A stretch of 64,000 bases of DNA from Nitrosopumilus sp. Its GTDB lineage: Archaea; Thermoproteota; Nitrososphaeria; Nitrososphaerales; Nitrosopumilaceae. Made by a program: the position numbers and the translations under genes. Shown one piece after another: positions 8,876-17,169 of the stretch; the first letter of the stretch is position 1; every line of letters begins with the position of its first letter. Below the pieces are notes generated by a model. It saw only the letters and a list, made by a program, of their open reading frames with translations. It searched no databases and was not told the origin of the DNA. The stretch spans positions 1,984,001 to 2,048,000 of the forward strand of contig OZ250186.1 in NCBI GenBank assembly GCA_965238275.1. The letters are read 5' to 3'.

Positions 8876-9982
8876 CTATGAGGTAAGCTTTTTGATGATG
8901 CCAAGAAACTCGTCTTCTGCAAACGGCGGGATCTTCATGACTTCAAGGTTTTCAGACACGTGTTCTGGGAGCTTTTGGCCTGCCAGGGGGGCTAGAACGC
9001 CGGGAGCCGAACGTATGAACTGCAGCGCGCGCAGCGAGGGCTTGAGTTTGTCAAACTCGGGCATCGCCCCTGGTTGAAGCAGCCGCCCCTGCATGAATGG
9101 CACGCTGGTAAAGACCCCAATTCCCAGAATCCTTGCAGCCTCCAGCGCGGATACGTCTGCTCCTCCTCCGCCGGCCTGCTGGGTCTTTGCAAGAAGCGCC
9201 TGGTCATAATACATGTTAAACGGTATCTGGATGAAGCGGAATCCGTGGTTCTTTCCGCCCGCCCTTGCCGCCATCTTCAGGACATCCCCAAGCTCGAGGT
9301 GTTGCGGGTTGCTCCGTGGAATCCGGAAGCACTCCCATGTGGCCATTCCGTAAAAGGCCAGCTTTCCCTCATCCCGCTTCTGCTCGTACAGCTCGAAAAC
9401 GGATTCCAGGTTCTTTAGGAACTGATCCCGGGATACGTCCTTTATCTGGCCCTCTATGGCGTTGTGAACATACATCAGATCAACACACTCCAGCCCAAGA
9501 TTCTTCAGGCTTCTGTCCAGCTGATCAGACATGTACGCAGGGGTCATGCAGTGGTATCCTGACGTGATGTCGCCCTCTCCGACGATGCCATTTTGGACAT
9601 ACTCCCTCTGGACGTACTCCCAGAAGCCCATCTGCACGTCAGCGTCATTTGTGACATATCCGTTCTTGGTGGAGATGAATACCTGATCGCGCGAGATCAC
9701 CCCGTCCTGGACAAGTTCGGATACTGCCTTTCTGACTGAACGCTCGGCCTTTTGGGATCTGTAGTTGATTGCAGTGTCTATCACGTTGACTCCTGAGGCG
9801 ACAGACTGCTTGACTGCAGCAGAGACCAGATCGTCTGTCCTGGAATCTGCATCGCCGAGGTATGTTCCAATGCCTACGTTTGACAGGGTAAGGTCCTCAA
9901 ACACCTTGAAGTTGGCCTGGTTCACGCCAGAGTCTATGGCAAACTTTCTTGTTCCTTCAGGCGTTGCAGAACCGGAGATCAT
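8876..9982 (-). CDS. Aldo/keto reductase
   Basis: GIGTY, IDTAINY, ISTK and SLKNLG...DL.Y.H motifs. Confidence 0.92.
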   Translation of the reverse strand: MISGSATPEGTRKFAIDSGVNQANFKVFEDLTLSNVGIGTYLGDADSRTDDLVSAAVKQSVASGVNVIDTAINYRSQKAERSVRKAVSELVQDGVISRDQVFISTKNGYVTNDADVQMGFWEYVQREYVQNGIVGEGDITSGYHCMTPAYMSDQLDRSLKNLGLECVDLMYVHNAIEGQIKDVSRDQFLKNLESVFELYEQKRDEGKLAFYGMATWECFRIPRSNPQHLELGDVLKMAARAGGKNHGFRFIQIPFNMYYDQALLAKTQQAGGGGADVSALEAARILGIGVFTSVPFMQGRLLQPGAMPEFDKLKPSLRALQFIRSAPGVLAPLAGQKLPEHVSENLEVMKIPPFAEDEFLGIIKKLTS

Positions 9983-10012
9983 GCAACAGATCACCACCGC
10001 TCAAATTTATGT

Positions 10013-10897
10013 CTAGAGCCCAATTAGGAGTCCTGCAACAAGCAGCGCTCCTGTGATCCGGCTGGATAGCAGCGTGGAGGACATTGACGGCACCAGTTCC
10101 TCCACGGTGTCGTGCCTCCTTCCCAGGCCGATTCCCGACTTTACCATCAGTGGCAGCCCCAGGAGGCTGACAAGGGACGAGGCAGGAAGCAGGCCGGCAG
10201 ACACGCCGGAGATTACGGCACAGTACGAGACTGCCGGAAATATCCAAAAGAGGACAGGCGCCCTGTTCCGGCCGGCGGCGATCACCAGGGTCTTTCTTCC
10301 CTTGGCCTTGTCAGCGTCGTGATCGGCAAAGGATGCGACAAAGAGCACCAGCGAGGACAGGGAACCCACTGCGGCCCCCACCAGGACAGATTCGGCTGTA
10401 ATCTGTCCGGACTGGATGTAGAAGGCCCCGATGGCAGTCAGGGAGCCCTTGAGGGCGACAAAAAACTCGCCCAGGCCGGAGTCGACGATCTTTGTGGAGT
10501 AAAAGTAGATGGACAGGACTGCAAATCCAAGAATCACGGCAATCACCACGCCGTCAGTGAGGACAAAGTATCCCCCTATGGCAGTGCCTATGACGAGGAA
10601 TATGATGCCTGCACGGTACACAGAAGATGCCTCAAGCAGGCCCTCGGGCAGGACCCCGGTGCCGCCGCTCATGGATGTCCGCTTCGTAATCGTGTCGATT
10701 CCACGCTTAAAGTCCCAGTAGTCGTTAAACAGGTCCACGCTGGCATGAAGTGCCATGACCCCGGCAAATGTCAGGGCAGCGTCAAACGGGCTTATCGCCA
10801 GGTTCTGCCACCAGCCAAGTGCCAGTCCGGCAGATACTGCGATCACGGAGGCCAGAAGGAAGCGGACACGGATGACACGGAACCAGACAGACAGCAT
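10013..10897 (-). CDS. menA: UbiA-family prenyltransferase (MenA-like)
   Basis: NDYWDF..G.D and D.DAD...G.KTL motifs with multiple TM helices. Confidence 0.85.
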   Translation of the reverse strand: MLSVWFRVIRVRFLLASVIAVSAGLALGWWQNLAISPFDAALTFAGVMALHASVDLFNDYWDFKRGIDTITKRTSMSGGTGVLPEGLLEASSVYRAGIIFLVIGTAIGGYFVLTDGVVIAVILGFAVLSIYFYSTKIVDSGLGEFFVALKGSLTAIGAFYIQSGQITAESVLVGAAVGSLSSLVLFVASFADHDADKAKGRKTLVIAAGRNRAPVLFWIFPAVSYCAVISGVSAGLLPASSLVSLLGLPLMVKSGIGLGRRHDTVEELVPSMSSTLLSSRITGALLVAGLLIGL

Positions 10898-10986
10898 TTG
10901 AACCAACATCCGTTCTCGGGCGTAATATTCATGAGTTTTGGATCCTGCATGCCTGTGTTTATAACCTGACTGGCCCGAACCGGTGT

Positions 10987-11208
10987 ATGATTCTTGGAAG
11001 GGTGTCAGACGGCGAGCCGGTGGTGAGGCTCGAACTGGAGATACGCTGCAGCAGCTGCAAAAAGGGCGTGCCCGGAGGCGTGACAGTCTCGGAGAGGCTT
11101 TACGGCAGTGACGGATTTGCCGCAGAGATTCAGGCGTTCAAAAGGGACTACCTCTGTGGGATATGCAGGGACAAAGAGAGGGTCGGCAGGAGAAACCGGC
11201 ACCAGTGA
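10987..11208 (+). CDS. Small Zn-binding hypothetical protein
   Basis: CSSC...CGIC. Divergent from menA, with a TATA-like TTTATAA at about 10958. Confidence 0.7.
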   Translation: MILGRVSDGEPVVRLELEIRCSSCKKGVPGGVTVSERLYGSDGFAAEIQAFKRDYLCGICRDKERVGRRNRHQ

Positions 11209-11293
11209 TTTTAGTGTGGGCGCGCCGTCCTGGTTGCCTGCAGTGTGTAAAGGCGGGCATTCCATGATGCCTGCAGACTGCTGCCGGCATTCA

Positions 11294-11695
11294 TCACACT
11301 AGGGATTCGTCGTTTACCTCAAGGGGCTTTCTTCCCATAAAGCCGGAGTCCGTTTCATGCCAGAACCGTATCTCAGTCTCGCCATACTTCCAGCACAGCC
11401 AGACCTCCTGGTTGAACCTGTTTGAGGGAAAGTCAAGAAGGCCCTGATCTATGCTCTTGACTACAACGCCGGTCTTTTCCAGGATCTCAACGGATTCGTA
11501 AAACCGGGTTACTGCCGAGTTCAGTTTCTGCTTGAGTACGACATACGCTTCAAGGGAGTTTGTAGTTGAGAGGCTGGCCTGCAGTTGCTGCTCGTATTTT
11601 GCCACCCCTTTTTTACATGACAGGGCGTACTCGAACTTTTTTATGACGTCAGGCAGCGCCGCGTTGGCCTTGTTGACGGTAAAGAGATGTGACAT
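11294..11695 (-). CDS. DUF2203 family protein
   Basis: FT...AN..LP, GLLDFP, LCWKYGE..I.FWH..DSGF.GR motifs. Confidence 0.88.
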   Translation of the reverse strand: MSHLFTVNKANAALPDVIKKFEYALSCKKGVAKYEQQLQASLSTTNSLEAYVVLKQKLNSAVTRFYESVEILEKTGVVVKSIDQGLLDFPSNRFNQEVWLCWKYGETEIRFWHETDSGFMGRKPLEVNDESLV

Positions 11696-11831
11696 GCATG
11701 ACATCAAACATTGCAGATTAAAAAGATTGATTTGCTCCAGCCGGCCACACAGCCTGCCGTGCAGATGACCGGACAATCCGGGTTCTCCTGCATCATCGGT
11801 TGGTGACACAAAATCAGGATCTTCTCCAGAT

Positions 11832-12008
11832 TCACTCGTCTGGTCTGCGCACCATTATGTCATCGCCGGAAATGACAAACTTTAGTTTGTCGGGATTGCC
11901 AAGCATTTCAAGTATCGGTTTTGGTATGTAGCTGTAGTTTGTCAGACGCTTCTCGTTTTTGATCACAGAAACGGTAAATTCCTTGGCGTCTTTGGCCCAC
12001 TGGGTCAT
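11832..12008 (-). CDS. 58-aa AbrB-like protein inside the IS6 element, divergent from the transposase (not in the ORF track)
   Basis: MTQWAKDAKEFTVSVIKNEKRLTNYSYIPKPILEMLGNPDKLKFVISGDDIMVRRPDE. IPK.I...LG....L.F...G..I.V resembles the swapped-hairpin AbrB pattern. Confidence 0.75.
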   Translation of the reverse strand: MTQWAKDAKEFTVSVIKNEKRLTNYSYIPKPILEMLGNPDKLKFVISGDDIMVRRPDE

Positions 12009-12079
12009 GAATTTTTTTTAGCTGCCTGTTATTTAAGACTGGTAGAAAGATCTATGTAATAATACCAATTGGTTTATTT

Positions 12080-13225
12080 ATGAACAGGGCAAAACGCGCC
12101 AAAACGGCGGCAAGGCAGGGACAGGTGATCAGCAACGACCCAAAGCAGGTGAGGATGACAAGTCTCAGACGATGGAATGTGGCATCGCAGTCTATTCCAG
12201 GACTGTGGTATCTGGTGATTCTTGGCTCTGCCGGGTTTGTATGCGCGTGCCAGCATTACGTCAATTGTGACGGCCTGTGCAAGCACGTGCGGGCAGTGGA
12301 CGTGTTGCTTGGCCGGATGTGGGACCGGTGCAGGAACCAAAATACAATTGTCATTAGCATGCCTCAGACTGCATGCCACCATTGCAAGTCGACTGTGTTT
12401 GCACGCAACGGGCACCGACACAACGCGTACGGGCCGATCCGGCGGTACCGGTGTAAGCCGTGCGGCCGGACATTCTCCGGACGGCCGGGCTTCAAGAAGC
12501 GCCATGCCGGCCCAGAGGCGATATCCCGGGCACTCAGGGAGGCAGCGTACGGGCTGTCCTGCGCTGCGGTGCAGGCAGTGATGGCACAGGACGGAACAAC
12601 CGTGCATTCAAGCACGATATACAGGTGGACTGCGCATTATTCGACGCTGATGGATGAATATTCAAGGCGGCTGCAGCCGCGCACGGGCTACAAGTGGCAC
12701 TGTGACGAGATACATTTCAAGGTTCGCGCGCAGGCGCGGTGGCTTTTTGCCGTCATGGACGGCGCCAGCAGGTTCATACTGTCCCATGACGTGTCTGAGA
12801 CAAAACTCAACTACAGACCCGCCCCCCTGTTTGCAGCCGCAAGGAATCTGGCCGGAACCACCCCGTGGGTGCTGGTAACAGACGGCCTGCAGGCGTTTTG
12901 TCCTGCCGCCCGCAGGGCGTTTTGGAGACGCAACGGCTTCAGGCTGATCCACGTCCGGGAGATTCACCTGAAGAACCGCTTCAGTCATAACAACAAGCAC
13001 GAGAGGCTTAACGGTGAATTCAAGGATCGCATCAAGACCGCCCGCGAGTTCGGGACAGAAAGTCCCGCGCTTGTGCGGCTGATGATCGTCCACCACAACT
13101 TTTTCCGCCCCCATGGCGGCATTGGCAAAATTACACCCGCAGAGGCCGCAGGGATCGTCATATCTGGAACGGACAAGCAGATCACCCTCATCAGTAATGC
13201 AGCAGCTGCTGCAGCAGCAGCGTAG
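12080..13225 (+). CDS. IS6-family DDE transposase with N-terminal SWIM and Zn-ribbon domains
   Basis: CxC..CKH (SWIM), CHHC..CKPC, TIYRW, WHCDE, VTDGL, NN.HERLNG and TPAEAAGI motifs. Confidence 0.9.
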   Translation: MNRAKRAKTAARQGQVISNDPKQVRMTSLRRWNVASQSIPGLWYLVILGSAGFVCACQHYVNCDGLCKHVRAVDVLLGRMWDRCRNQNTIVISMPQTACHHCKSTVFARNGHRHNAYGPIRRYRCKPCGRTFSGRPGFKKRHAGPEAISRALREAAYGLSCAAVQAVMAQDGTTVHSSTIYRWTAHYSTLMDEYSRRLQPRTGYKWHCDEIHFKVRAQARWLFAVMDGASRFILSHDVSETKLNYRPAPLFAAARNLAGTTPWVLVTDGLQAFCPAARRAFWRRNGFRLIHVREIHLKNRFSHNNKHERLNGEFKDRIKTAREFGTESPALVRLMIVHHNFFRPHGGIGKITPAEAAGIVISGTDKQITLISNAAAAAAAA

Positions 13226-13270
13226 TCGCAGCAGCAGCAGTAGCAACGGCAGCTGTAGCAACGGCAGCGA
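13198..13270. repeat. Imperfect (GCA)n trinucleotide tract
   Basis: gcagcagctgctgcagcagcagcg...gcagcagcagcagtagca, giving the poly-Ala tail of the transposase. A similar tract lies at about 13611-13645. Confidence 0.7.
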
Positions 13271-13688
13271 CACACGTAGCCCAGACTGGCCTTGGCGTGA
13301 TGGATGTCCCATCAATGCATGTCATGGCAATGACTGGGATTATCCATCACAACTGGCAGATTCTCCCTAGAGGAATTATGATTTAATGGGGAATGGCATA
13401 ACGGTGCGTAAAACAGCAAGTAAATCTGGAGAAGATCCTGAATTTGTGCCACCAACCGATGATGCAGGAGAACCGACAATCCGTATAACTTATAGCATTT
13501 GATGTGAATATGGATACAATGACATACGACGGCAAGCCCGGTTTACCGGCGGTCTGGATAGCAGGGATTCAGATGATCCCCCTGCAAGTCGCGGATGGGA
13601 TGTGCAATGATGCAGCGGCAGCAGCAGCAGCGGCAGCAGCAGCGGCCAAGGCAGGTCCTGCCGGCGGCAGCAGACCAGGTGGGCGCGT

Positions 13689-14186
13689 ATGACTTCATGT
13701 GCCGGCTGCAACATGCCGCTGGGATGGAAAAAGTACAACTTTCAAAAGCAGTGGCGCGTACGCGGATACTTTTGCAGGGAATGCATGAAGAGGATGGGCC
13801 AGGACTTTGACGCCCACGGAAAGGTTACCATACCAAGAAAGGCCTGTGATTCATGCCACCAAGAGTTTTATTTTTTGGAATCAGTGTGGCATGGAAAGAA
13901 ACAGAAGCACTGCTGCAACGTCTGCAGGGACGTAGGATTCACCGAAAGATCCGCCAACGAACTTCCCCCAATCCCACCCAGGATCCCGATGATGATGGCA
14001 ATCTTTGCAGCCTTTGGCGTCATGCTGATGATTACAGGGTTTGTATACGTGATGCTGGTGGCACCACAGCAGGAATCCAACATACTGCATATCATAATAG
14101 GGAGCTGCATGTCAGGCGGAGGTTTCATGCTGGCACGCAAGATGGTAAAGGTGCGCAACATCATACTTGGAAAGAAAAAGGTATAA
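13689..14186 (+). CDS. Hypothetical membrane protein with an N-terminal double Zn finger
   Basis: Four CxxC pairs followed by two TM helices. Confidence 0.8.
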   Translation: MTSCAGCNMPLGWKKYNFQKQWRVRGYFCRECMKRMGQDFDAHGKVTIPRKACDSCHQEFYFLESVWHGKKQKHCCNVCRDVGFTERSANELPPIPPRIPMMMAIFAAFGVMLMITGFVYVMLVAPQQESNILHIIIGSCMSGGGFMLARKMVKVRNIILGKKKV

Positions 14187-14389
14187 CTGGGAATTACAAA
14201 ACCTGCACCTTCAAGACGGCAGTCTTACCAAGCCGCTTCCCACGTAAGCACAGATCAGATCGTCTACTTGGAGTACCGTCTTTTGATCCTGAATGAATGT
14301 GATGAGAATCATGGCCATCATGCACCATCCACATTTGGAGTAGATTGCCCATCCAAAAACAATTAAGAGAAGAACCGCGGCAAAACTGC

Positions 14390-14668
14390 ATGTCAAACAA
14401 GATAAAGTGCTCGCACATCCTTGTCGCAAAACAGAGCGAGGCCATAGCCGTCCTGGAGAGGATCAAGGGCGGCGAGAAGTTTGGAAAGGTGGCAAAGGAG
14501 GTATCAATTGATTCGGGCAGCGCAAAAAGGGACGGCAGCCTCGGATATTTTGCAAGGGGCAAAATGGTAAAGCCGTTTGAGGATGCCGCATTCAAGATGC
14601 GCATCGGGGAGACATCAGAACCGGTCAAGACAGAGTTTGGATACCACGTAATCAAGAGGCTTGCATGA
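14390..14668 (+). CDS. Parvulin-type peptidyl-prolyl isomerase
   Basis: CSHILV, F..VAKE.S.D, G.LG.F, MVKPFE.AAF and TEFGYHVI motifs. Confidence 0.95.
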   Translation: MSNKIKCSHILVAKQSEAIAVLERIKGGEKFGKVAKEVSIDSGSAKRDGSLGYFARGKMVKPFEDAAFKMRIGETSEPVKTEFGYHVIKRLA

Positions 14669-14752
14669 TACTTGGATGCTGTCCTGCTGCACGGGGCAGG
14701 TGCCGGACAGACCGAGCACAACATTTTTTGCCGTTCCGGGAGGATTCAGGTT

Positions 14753-15013
14753 ATGGTGCTAAACGAGGAGAGTCTGGAGGGGATTCTGGCATACCTGGAA
14801 AGATCCATCACGCGCCTTGCAGCAGATGCATCCGAAAACCTCGGGATGAAGGGTACCGGCCTTGAGGACTTTCTTCAAAGGCAGTTTGACTTGAGGCTGG
14901 ACCGCCTGCTTGAGGCAAGGGACGGCAGCAGCATACACCACCTGGAGTCCGGAATGAAGAACAGGATAATACAGAGAAGGCAAAATATCCTGGACGGCAT
15001 CATGAGGGATTAG
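14753..15013 (+). CDS. Conserved hypothetical protein
   Basis: Host-like codon usage. Probable start MVLNEE at 14753, converging on the helicase stop. Confidence 0.65.
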   Translation: MVLNEESLEGILAYLERSITRLAADASENLGMKGTGLEDFLQRQFDLRLDRLLEARDGSSIHHLESGMKNRIIQRRQNILDGIMRD

Positions 15014-16539
15014 ACAAACGCGTCAAGCCCTGCAGGGGGATCCTCTGGCGGGTTCCCATCAGTATCAGGCTGGTTCCTCTCAAGTACTGCACTCATCCGG
15101 CTGCCCATGGATCGTGCGGCGGTCATCTTTCTGCGCCCTATCCAGTAGTATGCCTCGTCGATGGTGTCCTTTGCTATCAGGACCACCAGATTTCCGGTGT
15201 CCTTCCTGCCGGTCCTGCCCCGTCTCTGAACGTATCTTATGGAGCTTGGAACGTTGTCATAGAATATCACCTGGTTTACCTCGGCAATGTCCAGGCCTTC
15301 CTCGCCTACGCGGGTGGCAATCAGCACGCGAAACACCCCGTCCCTGAACTTTTGAACGGCCTGAACCTGCTCCTTCTGTTTCAGCCCGGCCTCGCCTGCC
15401 TTGCCTATCAGGATTCCGCACGGTATGCCCGCAGCGTTGAGGTTCTCGGAGATCATGCCGACAGAGTCCCTGTAGCTTGTAAATATCAGCACCTTTCCGG
15501 GAACGGACCCGACTATCTCCTTTAGTTTGGGAATCTTGGGGTGTTCCACCCCCCGGGACTTTGCCTCCATGGCAAGATGGACCGCCCGGGTAAAGTTGGG
15601 GTCAACCTCGAAGAGTTCCTTGACTCCTGCCCCCTTCCTTGCCCGCGCGCGCTTGCAGAACTCCAAAAACGGCGTGATCCCGTGCGCCTCAAGTATGTTC
15701 AGCGCGTAGTGGATTCTGATTGCGGTGAACAGCGGCTTGGCCGAGCGCCGGTTCTGGCTCAACACAAAAGTCCGGATTCGAAGCAGTGCAGAAAGCGACT
15801 GCTGCCCGGACAGGCTTATGCCGTTTCCCTTCAGGGTGTCATACCTTTGGTTCAGGGCCAGTTTCAGCAGCGTCTGGATGGCCTTGAGTTCCGGCGGGAG
15901 CGCCACCCTTATCCATTCGGTGCGCGTCTGCTGCGTGTACGGTATGACGTCAGGGCTCTCCTCGGTCCTCTCGGCGACGCTTGATATTCGGAGCCTTGTG
16001 AGAATCTCGGTGGCCTTTTCTGTCTCGCTTGGAAGCGTTGCAGTCATGCCGAGAATCCTGACTTGTGCGTGCAAGAGGCGCTCGGCGATTCCAGAGTAGG
16101 CATAATCCCCCACCGTCCGGTGCACCTCGTCAAACACCACGAGGCTGAACTGTTCAGGGGACACTATCTGCCGATCCAGATCATTCCTTGTTATCTCCGG
16201 CGTCGCGCACACTACGCTGCTGCCCCACAGCCCCTTGCGCTTCTTGACCGGATCGCTGCCGGTGACAAGCGAGATGTCGTCCAGGGTGAGGTGCTTTTGC
16301 AGGAACTCGTAGTGCTGGTTTACCAGCACCCGCGTGGGGGCCATGAACAGCACGCCCCCGTCCCCCCTCGAGAGATACTCGGCCATCACCTGGAGTGCTA
16401 TTGCAGTCTTTCCAAGACCGGTGGGCAGGACGACGATGCAGTTTTCAGAGACTGCCTGCCGCGCAAGGTTCACCTGGTACTCCCTCAGTTCCATGGAATC
16501 CTTTCGGACATACTTTTTCTCAACGTACTTTGTCAACAC
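15010..16539 (-). CDS. hef: Hef/FANCM-like SF2 DEAD/H helicase without the ERCC4 domain
   Basis: LPTGLGKT, DEVH, TAT, EEGLDI and QRRGRTGR motifs. Confidence 0.92.
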   Translation of the reverse strand: MLTKYVEKKYVRKDSMELREYQVNLARQAVSENCIVVLPTGLGKTAIALQVMAEYLSRGDGGVLFMAPTRVLVNQHYEFLQKHLTLDDISLVTGSDPVKKRKGLWGSSVVCATPEITRNDLDRQIVSPEQFSLVVFDEVHRTVGDYAYSGIAERLLHAQVRILGMTATLPSETEKATEILTRLRISSVAERTEESPDVIPYTQQTRTEWIRVALPPELKAIQTLLKLALNQRYDTLKGNGISLSGQQSLSALLRIRTFVLSQNRRSAKPLFTAIRIHYALNILEAHGITPFLEFCKRARARKGAGVKELFEVDPNFTRAVHLAMEAKSRGVEHPKIPKLKEIVGSVPGKVLIFTSYRDSVGMISENLNAAGIPCGILIGKAGEAGLKQKEQVQAVQKFRDGVFRVLIATRVGEEGLDIAEVNQVIFYDNVPSSIRYVQRRGRTGRKDTGNLVVLIAKDTIDEAYYWIGRRKMTAARSMGSRMSAVLERNQPDTDGNPPEDPPAGLDAFV

Positions 16540-16646
16540 ACGGAATCAGGGATTACAGATTTTATGTCTTCGTAAACACGAGATCCAGCATTTGATGATG
16601 CCTCCCAGTACACCATTCTAATATATGGAGCAGGCAATGAGCCTAC

Positions 16647-17168
16647 ATGAGTGCGGGGTTTGCAAGACCGAGTTGGGACGAGTATTTCATGCTGCAGGCA
16701 GAGCTGGTTAAACTGCGCTCCAACTGCATGACCAGAAAGGTGGGCGCAGTCATAGTCAGAAACCATATACAGCTGTCCGCAGGGTACAACGGCACGCCGC
16801 CGGGAATCACAAACTGTTTTGAGGGCGGATGCAAAAGATGCACGCTTAGGATGGAGGGAAAGATAGAGTCCGGCGCGTCCCTTGAGAGGTGCCTGTGCAA
16901 CCACGCAGAGTCAAACGCAATAGTCCACTGCGCAACCCTGGGCATATCGACAGGAGAGGGCTCCATCATGTATACCACGTACGTGCCGTGCATGGAGTGC
17001 ACCAAGCTGGCAATAACTGCAGGAATCAAGAGGTTTGTCTGCCTGGAGTCGTACCCGGAGGATGACGGCGGACTGCTAGAGGAGGCAGGCGCAGAGTGCG
17101 TCATACAGGACAGGGAGCCCATTGCGGGGTGGGTAAGGGAGCTGGCAAAAAAATACGAGAGGGCGTAA
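16647..17168 (+). CDS. dCMP deaminase
   Basis: RPSWDEYFM, GYNG.P.G, HAE.NAI and PC..C motifs. Confidence 0.93.
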   Translation: MSAGFARPSWDEYFMLQAELVKLRSNCMTRKVGAVIVRNHIQLSAGYNGTPPGITNCFEGGCKRCTLRMEGKIESGASLERCLCNHAESNAIVHCATLGISTGEGSIMYTTYVPCMECTKLAITAGIKRFVCLESYPEDDGGLLEEAGAECVIQDREPIAGWVRELAKKYERA

Positions 17169-17169
17169 G

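Larger units (their letters stand above)
11781..13474 (+). mobile_element. IS6-family element with 52-bp TIRs and a 9-bp TSD
   Basis: TIRs at 11781-11832 and 13423-13474 (GGTTCTCCTGCATCATCGG..., 2 mismatches). Direct repeat GACAATCCG at 11772-11780 and 13475-13483. Confidence 0.92.

Noticed and set aside
15010-16539. Truncated Hef lacking its nuclease domain
   Set aside because: A helicase-only form next to dCMP deaminase and polB is, as I recall, the usual thaumarchaeal arrangement.
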